A DNA stretch of 64,000 nt from Chiloscyllium plagiosum (Eukaryota). Where the stretch lies: positions 92,747,989-92,811,988 of the forward strand of contig NC_057718.1 in the NCBI RefSeq assembly GCF_004010195.1, read 5' to 3'. Of this stretch, positions 35,330-48,146 are shown piece after piece. How positions within the stretch are numbered: position 1 is the first letter of the stretch; each line of letters begins with the position of its first letter. The notes below the pieces were generated by a model. It did no database searches, had not been told where the DNA came from, and worked only from the letters and a program-made list of their open reading frames with translations. A program made the translations under genes and the position numbers.

Positions 35330-35960
35330 AGTCAAAGCAAGCAGACATAAAATAACTACTATATGGGGCAAAGAACTAAAACAGGAATCAACAGTCCACA
35401 AAGTATTTTGAAAACAAAGATATCTGGTTTACATGTCGTGATTAAGGTAAACAGGGTAATGCTTAGCATTAGCTGCAGCAAATCTAAAGAATTGCTATTT
35501 ACAGGACTGAATTGGAGTACTGTATGTAGTGTTGCTTATCATTTTATAGGAAGGATATGAGTACCCTTGATAGGTTGGAAGATGATGTGAAGAAATTAAG
35601 TTATGGAGATAGGTTAACAGAGTCTGACTTGTTTACACAGGAAAAGGGAAACCTTCTCATAGAATTGAATGCAAAAATGTTCTGAAATTTTTGTGAGTGC
35701 TATTGGAGTTGACAGCAACAAAAAAAAAGAAAATTCACTGGGGCTTCTGTAGACTAAAATGAAATTGAAAAATAAAAAGAGCTCTAACTTAACTATTTCA
35801 TACAATATATAGATTTGAATTATATTATCACTGAAGAAATGCCATAAAAGGTCTTCTGAGACAACTAGTTCATGCTTGAATTTCAAAATATGGCAGTTTA
35901 GAGCAACCAAAAGAGGAAGGCATCATGGGCTAGTTTGCCACTTCCTGTTTCTAACCATTC
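35330..35960 (+). mobile_element. Highly degenerate CR1 3' fragment
   Basis: DLG/LEYC-type remnants (gaattggagtactgt) and a CR1-type tail gccacttcctgtttcta. Confidence 0.5.
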
Positions 35961-36203
35961 CGAGGTTTCAAATTGTGAATTAACAAAATGAAAGCTTGCA
36001 TGTTTTGCTCTGTTAATTAATGGCATTGATTATATAGAAAGTTAAAAATGTAGCACTCTTTTTCTTGCATAAAATCAGCATCAAAACATGTCTTTGTTAC
36101 AAAATAATACATAGTTCATTCTTCCAAGTACAGTGATGTTTGTTTTGCATCGTATTAATAATACCTTAAATGTAAAATCACTTATAAAAGTTTATTGTAT
36201 TTG

Positions 36204-36857
36204 TGTGATGATGTTGCTCCTTTAACAAAGTTATGTTGTCCTTGGCGTTTTCCAGAAGGGGTTGGAAAAAGGCAGAGGTTTCGATTTGTCTGGGATTAGG
36301 CCACTTTGAATATGGCTAACAGATGCTGCCTAAGGCAACAATCAGGAAAAGGGCTTTTTTTTAAAAAAAACAAATGTACAATGCAACTGGAGTGGCCAGT
36401 TCTCCCAGTTCAGGGATTTTTCTAGTTTGGTTTAGTTTTAATGGGGGACCCAGAGAAGTTGCTGGAGTGAAAGTGGTTCCATGCTTTAGCAAATGATCCC
36501 TAGCTGGTTCTCTCTGCCACCTCTCTATCCTGTAAGAACCTACGTTTGAATTGACCTTTTGGCCAAGGGGTGTGTTTAAGGGGATGTTGCACAAAAACAG
36601 AACAGCTCTTTGTTGAGTTGCGGGGGATATTGGGTCAATTGGGTTTTCAAATCATTATTGTTCTAAATTCTGTTTTCTTTTATTTGTGTTTCTGTTGGTG
36701 GTGTGCAAATAAATTCTGTTTTACTTGAAGCCAAGTGGTTTGATCAGCTGCATCACTCCTGAGATATCACCTTACAGCTGCCTGAAACAAGGAGAAAAGT
36801 TAGGGTCCAGGTTAACTTCTTAAAATGTTTTGAGGGGGTCTGGCCTGGTCCATAAAA
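36204..36857 (+). mobile_element. Solo LTR (~654 bp) related to the Gypsy LTRs at 38854/48147, opposite orientation
   Basis: Starts TGT and ends ctggcctggtccataaaa (cf. reverse complement of tgttatggactaggccag). 4-bp TSD TTTG. AATAAA at ~36708. Confidence 0.7.
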
Positions 36858-38448
36858 TTTGTTCAAAATTACCTACATATTGTACTAATGTTTACCTCTG
36901 TTACATGATTGTAATAATGTAGATGTAAAGAAAATTCATGTTATCTATTGAGTTATCCACTATATCTTATTGTTTGAATAAATATTTTACTTTTTAAACT
37001 ACTTTTGCTGTCTGGAGCCTTCTTCTTACCTCTCATAAGGTTCATTTATTCTGATGTCTTATGAAAAGTGGACCCATTCATGTTCCATCCTCAAATTCAA
37101 CATCGGCGAAGTTTGGAATGTTCCAGAGCTTATCGTGCTATTTTATCATGTGGGTTTTCTGGGTGTTGCTTTCCAGAAGGTGGGAGACATTATTTTTAAT
37201 ATCAGAAGACTGTTTGTTTTAAAAATTACAAACAGTACATTGCAGCATATAAGGCACATTTCCCAAAGTGGGTTACTTACAGATTGTATACATAACCTCT
37301 GCGGGGAATGCCTGTATAGTTCACTTTAATCTAATCCCTATTCTACCTGGGTTAGAAGCACATGATAGTGACATCAGAAGCAAAAGTTCTGTTTTCCTAT
37401 CATTAATATTCAATTTATTGATAAATCAGAACATTTCTAAGTTACCATTTTGCTGTAGAATTAGAATGAGCTATTTTTGTTTTATGATTTTCTGAATGAC
37501 TGTTCCTCATGAGTATTTCCATTTCGAGAGTTAAGTGAGATTTACTTCACTGCGTATTGAGTAATAGCTCAATTCTGAACTTGTAGCAAATTAGGTTTTT
37601 AATAAGGTCAAGGCTAACAGATTAAAATGCACCAATTGTAAGAACATTTTTGACATTTTGTGGTCTTGGATTTTGATAAGATTAGTTTGACTATCTGCAA
37701 AAGGGCTGATTTTAGATGATGGGTAAGCAGCAAATTAGAAGCTTGCATCCTGATTGAGCTTGGCATTGATCCAATGTTTGTTAACTATTTCAAAACTGTA
37801 AAATAATTATAGTGCTGCAACAGCACTCCAGTATGGCTTGGGTAAAATGTGTATTTCAGCTGACAGACCTTAAAGAGCTAAAGCACACCATTTTCAATGG
37901 ATGAGCTTTTCTCAGCAGCATTAGATTGCCTTGATGTAGCCTCTTGCTCCTTATGTCTCCAATGGTGGACAAGGTAGGAGCTTAATAAAAGCAAAGGAAA
38001 GAAAGCTATCTTTGTCTAGTGCTGCCACTGAAGTGTATTACCAAGATGTTGCTGATTGGAGTGCAAGTAACATCTTGTGGAGTCCATCAGGTTTGGTAAA
38101 TTCAACATCATGAAAAGCTCCTTAAATTAAATAATGTTCTAGTTAAGAATTAGAATTCAATTCAAGCTTTTTTAAAATAAGTCTTGAAGTTTCAAATGCT
38201 GCCAATTGTTATAATGGCGAACATTTCCACATATTGTGATCAAATTACTGTTTGTTTTGATTCTAATGTTTTCTATATGCAAGAAGTTTCAGTAAACCTA
38301 AGATCATTAAAACATATTTGTGTTCAACCATGATCCACAAATGATTCTCATTAATCATTGTGTTGCTCACCAATTGATAAAGCACCAGTTTGGATTGCAA
38401 CTGGAATATTGTGACCAATTTTGGGAACCACATCATAGAAAGGCTATA

Positions 38449-38622
38449 TTAGATTAGATTAGATTAGATTACAGCCTTCGGCCCAACAAGTCCACACCGA
38501 CCCGCCGAAGCGAAACCCACCCATACCTCTACATTTACCCCTTACCTAACACTACGGGCAATTTAGTATGGCCAATTCACCTGACCCTGCACATCTTTTT
38601 TGGATGGTGGGAGGAAACCGGA
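38449..38622 (-). mobile_element. HE1-like V-SINE, 3' part with (TTAGA)n tail
   Basis: Reverse complement matches 62545-62740 (ggtttcctcc..tccaaagatgtgcagg..aattggccatgctaaattgccc). Confidence 0.8.
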
Positions 38623-39099
38623 GAGGAAGTGTGCCATAGATTTAACAGAATGATTAATTTAGCAGCTGAGGTTAGACAATGTAGGATTGTATTTCCTCAA
38701 ACTTGGAAGAATAATAGATGATCAGTTACAAGACTACACATTATTAAGGGAAACCGATAGGGTTAATTGGGATAAATTATATAACTGCAAAATCAAAGGC
38801 GAGTGACTTGTCCAAAAATTAGAAGAAGATCATTTATTAGTGAAACAGGAAAGTGTTATGGACTAAGCCAGACCACTTAAAACATTCTTAAGCAGGTAGC
38901 CAGAAATTTGCATTTTATTTCGGTAAGTGTACAGTGAAAATTACCCGGAGTAAGATAGCTAGATTGGCTACTAGGTTTTAAGACCATAAGACCATAAGAC
39001 ATAGGAGTGGAAGTAAGGCCATTCGGCCCATCAAGTCCACTCTGCCATTTAATCATGGTTGATGGGCATTTCAACTCCACTTATCTGCCCTTAATTCCT

Positions 39100-42000
39100 T
39101 GTGACATCAAGAATTTATCAATCTCTGCCTTGAAGACATTTAGCGTCCCGGCCTCCACTGCACTCCGCGGCAATGAATTCCACAGGCCCACCACTCTCTA
39201 GCTGAAGAAATGTCTCCGCATTTCTGTTCTGAATTGACCCCCTCTAATTCTAAGGCTGTGCCCACGGGTCCTAGTCTCCTCGCCTAACGGAAACAATTTC
39301 TTAGCGTCCACCCTTTCCAAGCCATGTATTATCTTGTAAGTTTCTTTTAGATCTCCCCTTAACCTTCTAAACTCCAGTGAGTACAATCTCAGGATCCTCA
39401 GCCATTCCTTGTATGTTAGACCTACCATTCCAGGGATCATCCGTGTGAATCTCCGCTGGACACGCTCCAGTGCCAGTATGTCCTTCCTGAGGCCCAAAAC
39501 TGGACACAGTACTCCAAATGGGGCCTAACCAGAGCTTTATAAAGTCTCAGTAGCACATCGCTGCTTTTATATTCCAGCCCTCTTGAGATAAATGACAACA
39601 TTGCTTTGGCTTTCTTAATCACGATTCAACCTGCATGCTTACCTTTAGAGAATCCTCGACTAGCACTCCCAGATCCCTTTGTACTTTGGATTTATGAATT
39701 TTCTCACTGTTTAGAAAGTAGTCCATGCTTGTATTCTTTTTTCCAAAGTGCAAGACCTCGCATTTACTCACATTGAACTTCATCAGCCATTTCCTGGACC
39801 AGTCTCCCAAACTGTCTAGATCTTTCTGCAGCCTCCCCACCTCCTCAGTACTACCTGCCTGTCCACCTAACTTCGTATCATCGGCAAACTTCGCGAGAAT
39901 GCCCCCAGTCCCTTCATCCAGATCATTAATATATAACGTGAACAGCTGCGGTCCCAGCACTGAACCCTATGGGACACCGCTTGTCACCGGCTGACATTCT
40001 GAAAAAGAACCTCTTATCCCAACTCTCTGCCTTCTGTCAGACAGCTAATCCTCAATCCATGCCAGTAGCTCACCTCGAACACCATGGGCCCTCACCTTAC
40101 TCAGCAGCCTCTCGTGTGGCACCTTATTAAAGGCCTTTTGGAAGTCTAGAGAGACCACATCCACTGGGTTTCCCTGGTCTAACCTATTTGTCACCTCTTT
40201 CAAGAATTCTAACAGGTTTGTCAGGCGCGACCTCCCCTTACTAAATCCATGTTGACTTGTTCTAATCTGACCCTGCTCTTCCAAGAATTTAGAAACCTCA
40301 TCCTTAACGATGGATTCTAGAATTTTACCAACAACCGAGGTTAGGCTAATTGGCCTATAATTTTCCATCTTTTGTTTTGATCCATTCTTGAACAATGGGG
40401 TTACAACAGCGGTCTTCCAATCATCTGGGACTTTCCCTGACTCCATTGACTTTTGAAAGATCTCAACCAATGCCTCTGCTATTTCCTCAGCCACCTCCCT
40501 CAGAACTCTAGGATGTAGCCCATCGGGGCCAGGAGATTTGTCAATTTTAAGACCTTTTAGCTTTTCTAGCACTATCTCTTTTGTAATGGCAACCATACTC
40601 AACTCAGCCCCCTGACTCCCTTTAATTGGTGGGATATTACTCATGTCTTCCACTGTGAAGACTGACGCAAAGTACTTATTAAATTCTCCAGCTATTTCCT
40701 TATCTCCCATCACTAGCCTTCAGTTTGAAGTGGCCCAATGTCTACTCTTGCCTGTCGTTTATTTCTTATGTACTGAAAGAAACTTTTACTATAATTTCTA
40801 ATATTACTGGCTAGCCTACCTTCATATTTGATCCTCTCCTTCCTTATTTCTCTCTTTGTTATCCAATAACTATTACTATCCAATATTGTAATATCCCAGA
40901 AATACATCATTGGTAAAAGGCAAATTCAGAATGCGGACTGTCTCACATATACCTCCCATAGTAGCCTGAGAACTCCAGCTTTTGGCTGCAACCAAAACCC
41001 AACAGCAACTGCTGAAAGCTAAAGCTAAAAGTCCTGATTCTGTATGTGGCACTTGACCACACCCATTCAGGCTGCTTCCATTGTTCCAATTTTTAAAAAA
41101 CAAACACACCCAAGGCTTCACATGTTGTTTATCCTCTCATAGACTGCTCGATTACCTGTTCCCCCAATTTGTCTCTAAAAATCTGGAATTCCCTCCCTTA
41201 GGGAATTGTGAGTTTATCTACAGCACATGGACTGCAGTGGTTCAAGAAGACAATTCACCACCATCTTCTTGAGGATGACTACAGATGGGCAATAAATGCT
41301 GGCCAGCCAGCCAGCAATGCCCATGTCCCACAAGTGAATAAATACAATAACACTGACTCTTCACTCAAAGACAATCTAGTTCACAACATATACTTCCCTT
41401 CTTGGGAGTGCTGGTCTACAAAGCCATCCTGCTCCTGGGACTTCACAGGACCAGTACTAACTCCAAATTACATCTGATTTTGCCTTCTCTCTTTCAAACT
41501 GCAGACTGAACTCTACCATATTATGATCGCTGCTTCCTAAGTGTTCCCTTACTTTAAGATCTTTTATAAAGTCTGGTTCATTACATAGCATTAGGTCCAA
41601 AATAGCCTGCTCTCTTGTGGGCTCCATGACAAGCTGTTCCAAAAAGCCATCCTGTAAGCATTCCAAGAATTCCCTTTCATTGGATCCACTGGCAACATTA
41701 TTTACCTAGTTCACCTGCATTTTAAAGTCCCCCATGATCACAGTGACTTTGCCTTTCTGACATGCCTTCTCTATTTCCCGGTACATGTTGCGCTTCTGGT
41801 CCTGACCACTGTTAGGAGGTCTGTACATAACTCCCATTATGGTTTTTTTGCCTTTGTGGTTCCTCAATTCCACCCACACAGACTCCACATCATCCGACGC
41901 TATGTCATTCAGTGCCATAGATTTAATTTTGTTCCTAACTAACAAGGCCTCCCCGCCCCCTCTGCCCACCTCCCTGTCTTTTTGATAAGTTGTAAATCCT

Positions 42001-42305
42001 TGGATGTTTAACTGCCAGTCCTGAACCCCCTGCAACCATGTCTCTGTGATGCCTACCACATCATAATCATTCACGATGATCTGTGCTGTTAGTTCATCTA
42101 CTTTGTTACGAATGCTACGAGCATTCAGGTAAAGTGCCTTAATGCTAACATTCTTATCATTAGAGATATTGGAAGTCATAAGATGTCCTAAGTTATCCTT
42201 CCTTTTTGTTGCATTCCTAATCTGCCTCAAGGTTAAATCCACCTGCATACATGCTATCCTTCTGCTTATCTTTCCATTTAACTCCATACTCCCTGTCGCT
42301 TTCAC
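39100..42305 (-). pseudogene. CR1 ORF2 (APE endonuclease + reverse transcriptase), disrupted
   Basis: YLNARSIRNK, GITETWL, YRPPNS, MGDF, GSSDHN; KSPGPDGLHPRVL, NYRPISLTS, QHGF, LDFQKAF, LGPQLFTLYINDL, KFADDTK. Confidence 0.92.
40866..41467. other. ~600-bp foreign segment replacing part of the CR1 ORF2 linker
   Basis: ORF2 homology stops abruptly on both sides. The segment contains an unrelated LINE tail (41175-41345, +). Confidence 0.7.
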
Positions 42306-42385
42306 TTTCCCTTCCCCCCAACTCAGAAGTTTAAAGTCCTACTGACCACCCTATTTATCCTCTCCGCTAGAACATTGGTACCAGA

Positions 42386-42874
42386 TCAGTTCAGGTGGAG
42401 ACAGTCCCAACGGTACAGATTCCCCCGGTTCCAAAACTGATGCCAATGCCCCATGAAATGGAATCCCTCTTTCCCACACCAATCCCTTAGCCACGTGTTT
42501 ACTTCCCTAATTTTCTTATCCCTATGCCAATTGGCACGTGGCTCGGGCAGTAATCCGGAGATTATGATCCTTGAGGACCTGTACTTCAATTTCCTTCTGA
42601 GTGCTTGATAATCCCCAAACTGGTCCTCCACCCTAGCTTTGCCTATGTTGTTAGTCCCAACGTGGACCACAACAACTGGATCCTCCCCCTCCCACTCCAA
42701 TATCCTTTTAAGCCGGTCGGAGATGTCCCACACCCTGGCACCGGGCAGGGAACACACCATGCGAGACTCCCGATCCGGCTTACATAGGATACTATCTATC
42801 CCCCTAATTATAGAATCCCCTATAACAACTACTTGCCTTTTTGCTCCCCCCTCTTGAATGGCCTTCTGCACCAT
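42386..42874 (-). pseudogene. CR1 ORF1 esterase (SGNH/GDSL-like) domain
   Basis: Motifs IGDSIIR, PGARV, HVGTNN and DCLHLN are characteristic of CR1 ORF1 esterases. Confidence 0.88.
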
Positions 42875-43085
42875 GGTGCCGTGGTCAGCTGGCTTATCCT
42901 GTCCAGAGCCCTTTTCCTCATCTGTCTAGGGAGCAAGGATCTCATTCCTGTTGGACAAGGTCAAGGGCTGAGGTTCCTGCACTCCTGAACTCAAGTTCCC
43001 CCTACCTGCCTCACTTACAGTCACACTCTGATGTCCCTGATCACTAACTGAATGTGAATTACTTAATCTCCCAGGTGTGACTGCC

Positions 43086-43095
43086 NNNNNNNNNN
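43086..43095. other. Assembly gap (10 N)
   Basis: Run of N inside the CR1, between ORF1 and the 5' UTR. Confidence 1.
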
Positions 43096-44399
43096 CAGCC
43101 ATCTCTGCTTAGTTAATTACTTTATTACTTTGTATAGGTTTGATTTAAAATACTTTCTGATACCTCTCTGCTATAGTCTTTTTCTAAAAACCAATTAATA
43201 GATAAACCATAAAAAGTAAATTTTTAACCATTCACCGATAAAGAAATAGAAAATCCTTGCCTTAACAAACCAGAGTCCTATTTTTGGTGGGGGGGTGGGG
43301 TGGGAGACACAACACGTGTAGTGTCTCGGGTTCAGCCACTGCCCAGATATATTACCGGCGGGGGGGGGGAGGTAGGTGGGAGACACAACACGTGTAGTAT
43401 TTCGCGTTCAGCCACTGCCTAGATATACTACCGGCAGTCCCCTGGTCGTTGCTCCCGCTCTTCGTACTTATTAACTAGGTTAGAGGAGGAGGGCGAGTGG
43501 GAGACACTACAGTAGTAGACGCTCGGGTTTAGCTGCCTTGCTGATATATATGGTCACTGCTTTCCTTCCCGGCTGCCCCATCGGTCCACGTCACTTCCTC
43601 TGCTGCTCCTGCTCCTTCTCTGCTGCTGCTCTCACTTAAAATGGCCGTTGGCGTCGAAGGGTGAGTATTTATATTCACTGCTTACCTTCCCGGCTACCCC
43701 TCTGCTCCCTATCACTTCCTCCGCTGCTCCCGCTCCTTCTGTGAAAGAGAAAAACACCACTGCCCTCTACCGGTAAGTAATTTTAATAAAAACTGCCTTA
43801 CCTTATCTGCAGTCTTCCGAGTTCATCCTACCTCTGCTGCTGCTTGCACTTAAAAATTTTAAAACGGACAAAAGGTTATTCACAAAACTACACAATGAAA
43901 CACAAAGAACAGAATAACGAACCCCTGCAGAACTCAGCCTTTCCAACCAGACTTAATTATGCTGTTCCAAATATGCACAATAGTCCCAAGAAGCAAACTC
44001 TCTTTAAAACCCAGTGTAAATGGAGCACATGCTTACAGGTTGAAGTTGAAGGGTAGAAAGAGAGAGAGAGAGAGTTTCCACACAGCTCATTGTTGAACTT
44101 CTCACCAGTTCAAAACTGAACTAAAACTGCTCAGCTCAGCTAGAAAGCTGACCACTACCCTTTCTTTATGCAGGTCACTTCTAAACCATGACAACTTTGG
44201 CCTGAAGTCTCATCTGTTTAGATACAAACAAAAGACCTCTCAAATCCTTTTCAACTCTGTACCAAACCAGACTGATCAGAGCCCGGCCCGGTTTCTTGCC
44301 CTTCTGAAAAAGATCAATGAGATTCCTTGAGCCAAGGAACAGCTTTTAGAAAATAAAGGCCCAGCTTTGTGACACCTGCCCCCTTAAAAAAAAATGAAC

Positions 44400-47300
44400 C
44401 AGTTTACTTCCACATATCTCCCCATGTGAGAGTAATAACTCTTTCAGGTCATTTTGATTTTTTTCGTGGAAGGTAACTCAATAATTTATCCCAATTTTTG
44501 ACAACTTTCTCATTGTCCAATTTGATTTGAGGAATGTCCAGTTCAGAATCCTCTGAACGTAGTTCTTCCTTGTGCGCTGTAATCATTAACACCTTCTCCT
44601 CTTGCTTTCCTTCCCTATCAAAATACATTTGAGCATATTCACATGACACACTCTGTAAGATTTCTTCTTGTCTGGAGTCCTTATCAAATAGTTCACCTCA
44701 CTCAATTTCCTCTCAATTTGATACAGTCAATTAAACCTCGCTTTTAAAGGCTCACCTGTCACTGGAAGTAACACCAATACCAATGCTATGATACTTTTAA
44801 ACACTGTCTGGCCAACTCTCCAGCTCTATTTAATCATTCTGTAAAATTTGACACATAGTCTAGCAGGTGGTCTCTGAATTCTGACTTATTAGTTTCTCCT
44901 CAAGCAATTTTAACAGTCCTTTTACTTCATGCCCAAAACCTAATTCAAATGAACTGAATTTTGTCAATTCATTCAGTGCATTTCTGATCTCAAAACATAC
45001 AAATAGAACTCCCTTATCCCAATCATCTGGATAATCCTGACCATAAGCCCTCAACATGGTCTTTAGTGTTTGGTGCCATCTCTCTAGTGCGATTCTGGAT
45101 GATTCTGAATTACTTTATTCCCAAGTTATCCATAACCACCTTGAATAGTTTGGTTGTGAAGTTTGATCCTTGATCTGACTGCATCTCTATTGGTAGTCTG
45201 TATCTCATAAAAACATTAAGTAGTTCTTCTACAACCCTTTTAGCTGTGACGCAACATCGAGGGCCCAAGGGCCTGTACTGCGCTGTATTCTTCTATGTTC
45301 TATGTTCTATGTTCTATGTAGTCTGTATCTCATAAAAACATTAAGTAGTTCTTCTACAACCCTTTTAGCTGTGATGTTGCATAATGGGATTGCCTCTGGA
45401 AATCTAGTTGACACATCCATTATTATTAATAAATATTTATTCTCACTTTTTGTTTGAGGTAGGGGACCTATGCAATCAATCAAGACTCTTGTGAAAGGTT
45501 CCTCAAATGCTGGAATAGGTATTAAAGGTGCAGGTTTTATTACTACCTGTGGTTTTCCGATTAACTGACATGTATGACATGTCTGGCAAAATTCAACTAC
45601 ATGCTTGTGTAGTCCAGGCCAGTAAAAATGTCTCTGTATTTTAGCCTGTGTTTTCCTCACCTCTAAATGACCTCCAAGTAGTAGCTCATGCACCACTTGC
45701 AGCATCTCCTTTCTGTACCCTATTGGCAAAACAATTTGATGAATCTCTGCCCATTTCTCATCTGCCTGAATGTGTGATGGTCTCCATTTCCTCATTAAGA
45801 TACTATTTGGAAAGTAATATCACACAAGAATGCATTCACTTTCATTCTCAGTAAATACCTTTTGATGAAACTGTTTTAACTCCTCATCTTTCTGCTGTAA
45901 TTCAATCATCTTAGGAGAGTTAAAGATGCTTGCATGTTTACCTATTTGCTCCTTCTCTGTTCCACTTAGCTGATCAAAGCAAGTTTCGGTAACAATATGC
46001 CAGCTTTCTTATCTTTGCCTTTTGATCTCTCTTGCTTCAGCTTGTGCCTCTGTGATCTTGTGATCAAACAATCAGGGAAAATTCCTGGATAAACATTCTT
46101 CATGTCTTCAGTGGCCTGTGCCACCACTGGCTTTTCAACTAGAGTAGGCAGCACACCTACCAGTGAATCAGCTGTATCATTTGCAAGGACGAATTGCATT
46201 CCTGGAGCTGAGAGTTTGTCCAGTATCCTACCACAAATGCTCCACTCTTCTCTGGACTCTCTAGCCTCACTTTACATAATGGAGCACTTTTGTCTCACCA
46301 GGAATTCCTGTTACCAGTACCTTTTCTGGCAATAGTCCCTCAGGAGTACATATCTCCTCATCCCTCAGCATTACAGACTGGGAGGATCCTGTGTCCCTTA
46401 ATATTGTAACCTCCCTACCTATTGTTCCTGGCCTATGTGAATAAACTTTACCCTTACATGTATATTTTTTAAGCAGATCTGGCACTTCCTCCTCAATCAA
46501 CCTCTGATCATCTTGTACACTCTGAGGCAGTTGTCTAACTTCCCTTGTGCTTTTTGTTACTAATCCAACAAAACTTCCAGGCTTGTCTGGTTTTCTGACA
46601 TCTGGCTTTCTCCTTGCTGACCAACATCGTGATTTTGTGTGGCTCACTTTATTACAATGAAAATATCTGAACTTTTTAATGTTTTTCTACCCTTCAAGGG
46701 TTTCTTTTCCACTCTGTGGCAAGTTATCCTTATGATCTTCACAGAAGTCTACCTTGCCCTTTCTGTGTGAAGATTTCTCTTTGCCCCAATTTCTATCCCT
46801 CACGGACTGAAATTGACTCTGGAAGCCAAACTGAGTTTAATGGACCAGCTCATAATCATCAGCCACATCAGCTGCTAACCTTGCTGTTTTAACTCTCTGC
46901 TCTTCCACATGATTTCGCACAACTTCAGGCAGTGAATTTTTGAATTCCTCCAAAATAAGGGCATCATAGGTCTGCTTGATTTTTAAAGTTCTTATCCATC
47001 TATTGGAATTACTCTATCTGATCCTTTCAAACTCAATATAGGTATGACCAGGGTCCCTCCTTGTCTATAGACTTCCGATATAAGCTCATACACACTTAAA
47101 AAGGCTTTTTTCACCTCCTCATACTCCCCAGATACCTCCTCTGATAGTGATGTGAACACCTCACTAGCCCTAACTCCAAGTTTCGATTGGATCAACAAAA
47201 CCACATTGCCACTGGCCACTGCATTTGTTTAACCTCCTTTTCAAATGAGATGAAAAAGGCTTCCACATCCTTCTCATCACATTTGGGCAATGCTTGAACA

Positions 47301-47905
47301 TAATTAAATAGTTTCTCACTGGGTTTCTGATTACCAGGGGCTTGTTCATCCTCACTTTCTTTCTCACTAAGTCTATGCTCAGCCTTTAACTCCAGCCTTT
47401 TAAGCTGACTTTCCTTTTAAATTGTCAGCTTTTGAAGTTCAAAAGCTTTCTCTTTTTCTTTCTCTGCTCTCTCTTTCTCCCTCTCTTCTGCTTTTAACTC
47501 AAACTGTTTCATTTCTGCTGCCCTTTCCTTATCTCTCGCCTCTAACTCAAGTTGCTTCATTTGCAATTAAATTCTTGCCATCTCTATAGATTCTGATGGT
47601 TTCTCCAGCAAGTTTAAATGCTGAGCTGCTGCTGTAATTATTTCTCCTTTCCTCACAGAAGCAGGCAGTTCCAATTCCAGCTTCTCTGCTCATTCTTGCA
47701 ACTTGGTCTTATTCCTTCCAGCCTGGCACCGCCTTCCTGACCTGCAGTCTTGCTGTAATTATCTCTCCATTTCTCACAAAAGTAGGCAGTTCCAATTCCA
47801 GCTTCTCTGCTCATTCTTGCAACTTGGTCTTATTCACTTTTTGCAAAACTTCCAAAGTCATCGCATCTACGTCCAGAAAACCTTTAGTGACTGAAAGAGC
47901 CACTA
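44400..47905 (-). pseudogene. Disrupted gag-protease-integrase coding region of the Gypsy element
   Basis: Capsid-like YEEVKKAFLSVYEL; zinc-knuckle remnant near 46625-46665; protease ILRDTGSSQS; integrase HHCC (GGHLEVRKT..FYWPG..CQTCHTCQ) and core IDCIGPLP..MDVSTRFPEAIPL, DQGSNF. Many stops and frameshifts. Confidence 0.88.
45250..45317 (+). mobile_element. 68-bp CR1 3' tail flanked by a 57-bp direct duplication
   Basis: Tail similar to 52560-52618 ending in (TTCTATG)n. Identical flanks 45193-45249 and 45318-45374. Confidence 0.88.
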
Positions 47906-48105
47906 CTATCCCAAGCTTTGTCTACCCAACCAACACCCAAAATAGAGACGTTAGCATCTGCAGACCTCACTTTCTCCTTATTCACTTTTTGCAAAACTTC
48001 CAAAGTCATTGCATCTACGTCCAGAAAACCTTTAGTGACTGAAAGAGCCATTACTATCCCAAGCTTTGTCTACCCAACCAACACCCAAAATAGAGACGTT
48101 AGCAC
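47631..48105. repeat. Two local tandem duplications at the gag 5' end
   Basis: 47631-47714 ~ 47752-47835 (period 121) and 47830-47956 ~ 47978-48104 (period 148). Confidence 0.85.
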
Positions 48106-48146
48106 CTACCACTTGCAGTTTAAAACCCCTCAAAGAGCCCCCAATC

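Larger units (their letters stand above)
38982..43856 (-). mobile_element. Near full-length CR1 LINE inserted in the 3' LTR
   Basis: 5' UTR ~43100-43856, ORF1, ORF2 and a (CTTATGGT)n 3' tail. Apparent TSD TTTTAA (38976-38981, 43857-43862). Confidence 0.92.
38854..44374 (-). repeat. 3' LTR, split by a CR1 insertion (38854-38981 and 43857-44374)
   Basis: Both parts align with 48147-48793. Preceded on - by the polypurine tract AAGGGGGCAGG (44385-44375). Confidence 0.88.

Noticed and set aside
42386..42874. SGNH esterase as a host gene
   Set aside because: It is ORF1 of the CR1 element, directly upstream of ORF2.
43295..43560. HDV-like ribozyme or CRISPR-like array in the repeated palindromic modules
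   Set aside because: I could not build the nested double pseudoknot. The repeats are few, degenerate and inside a eukaryotic LINE UTR.
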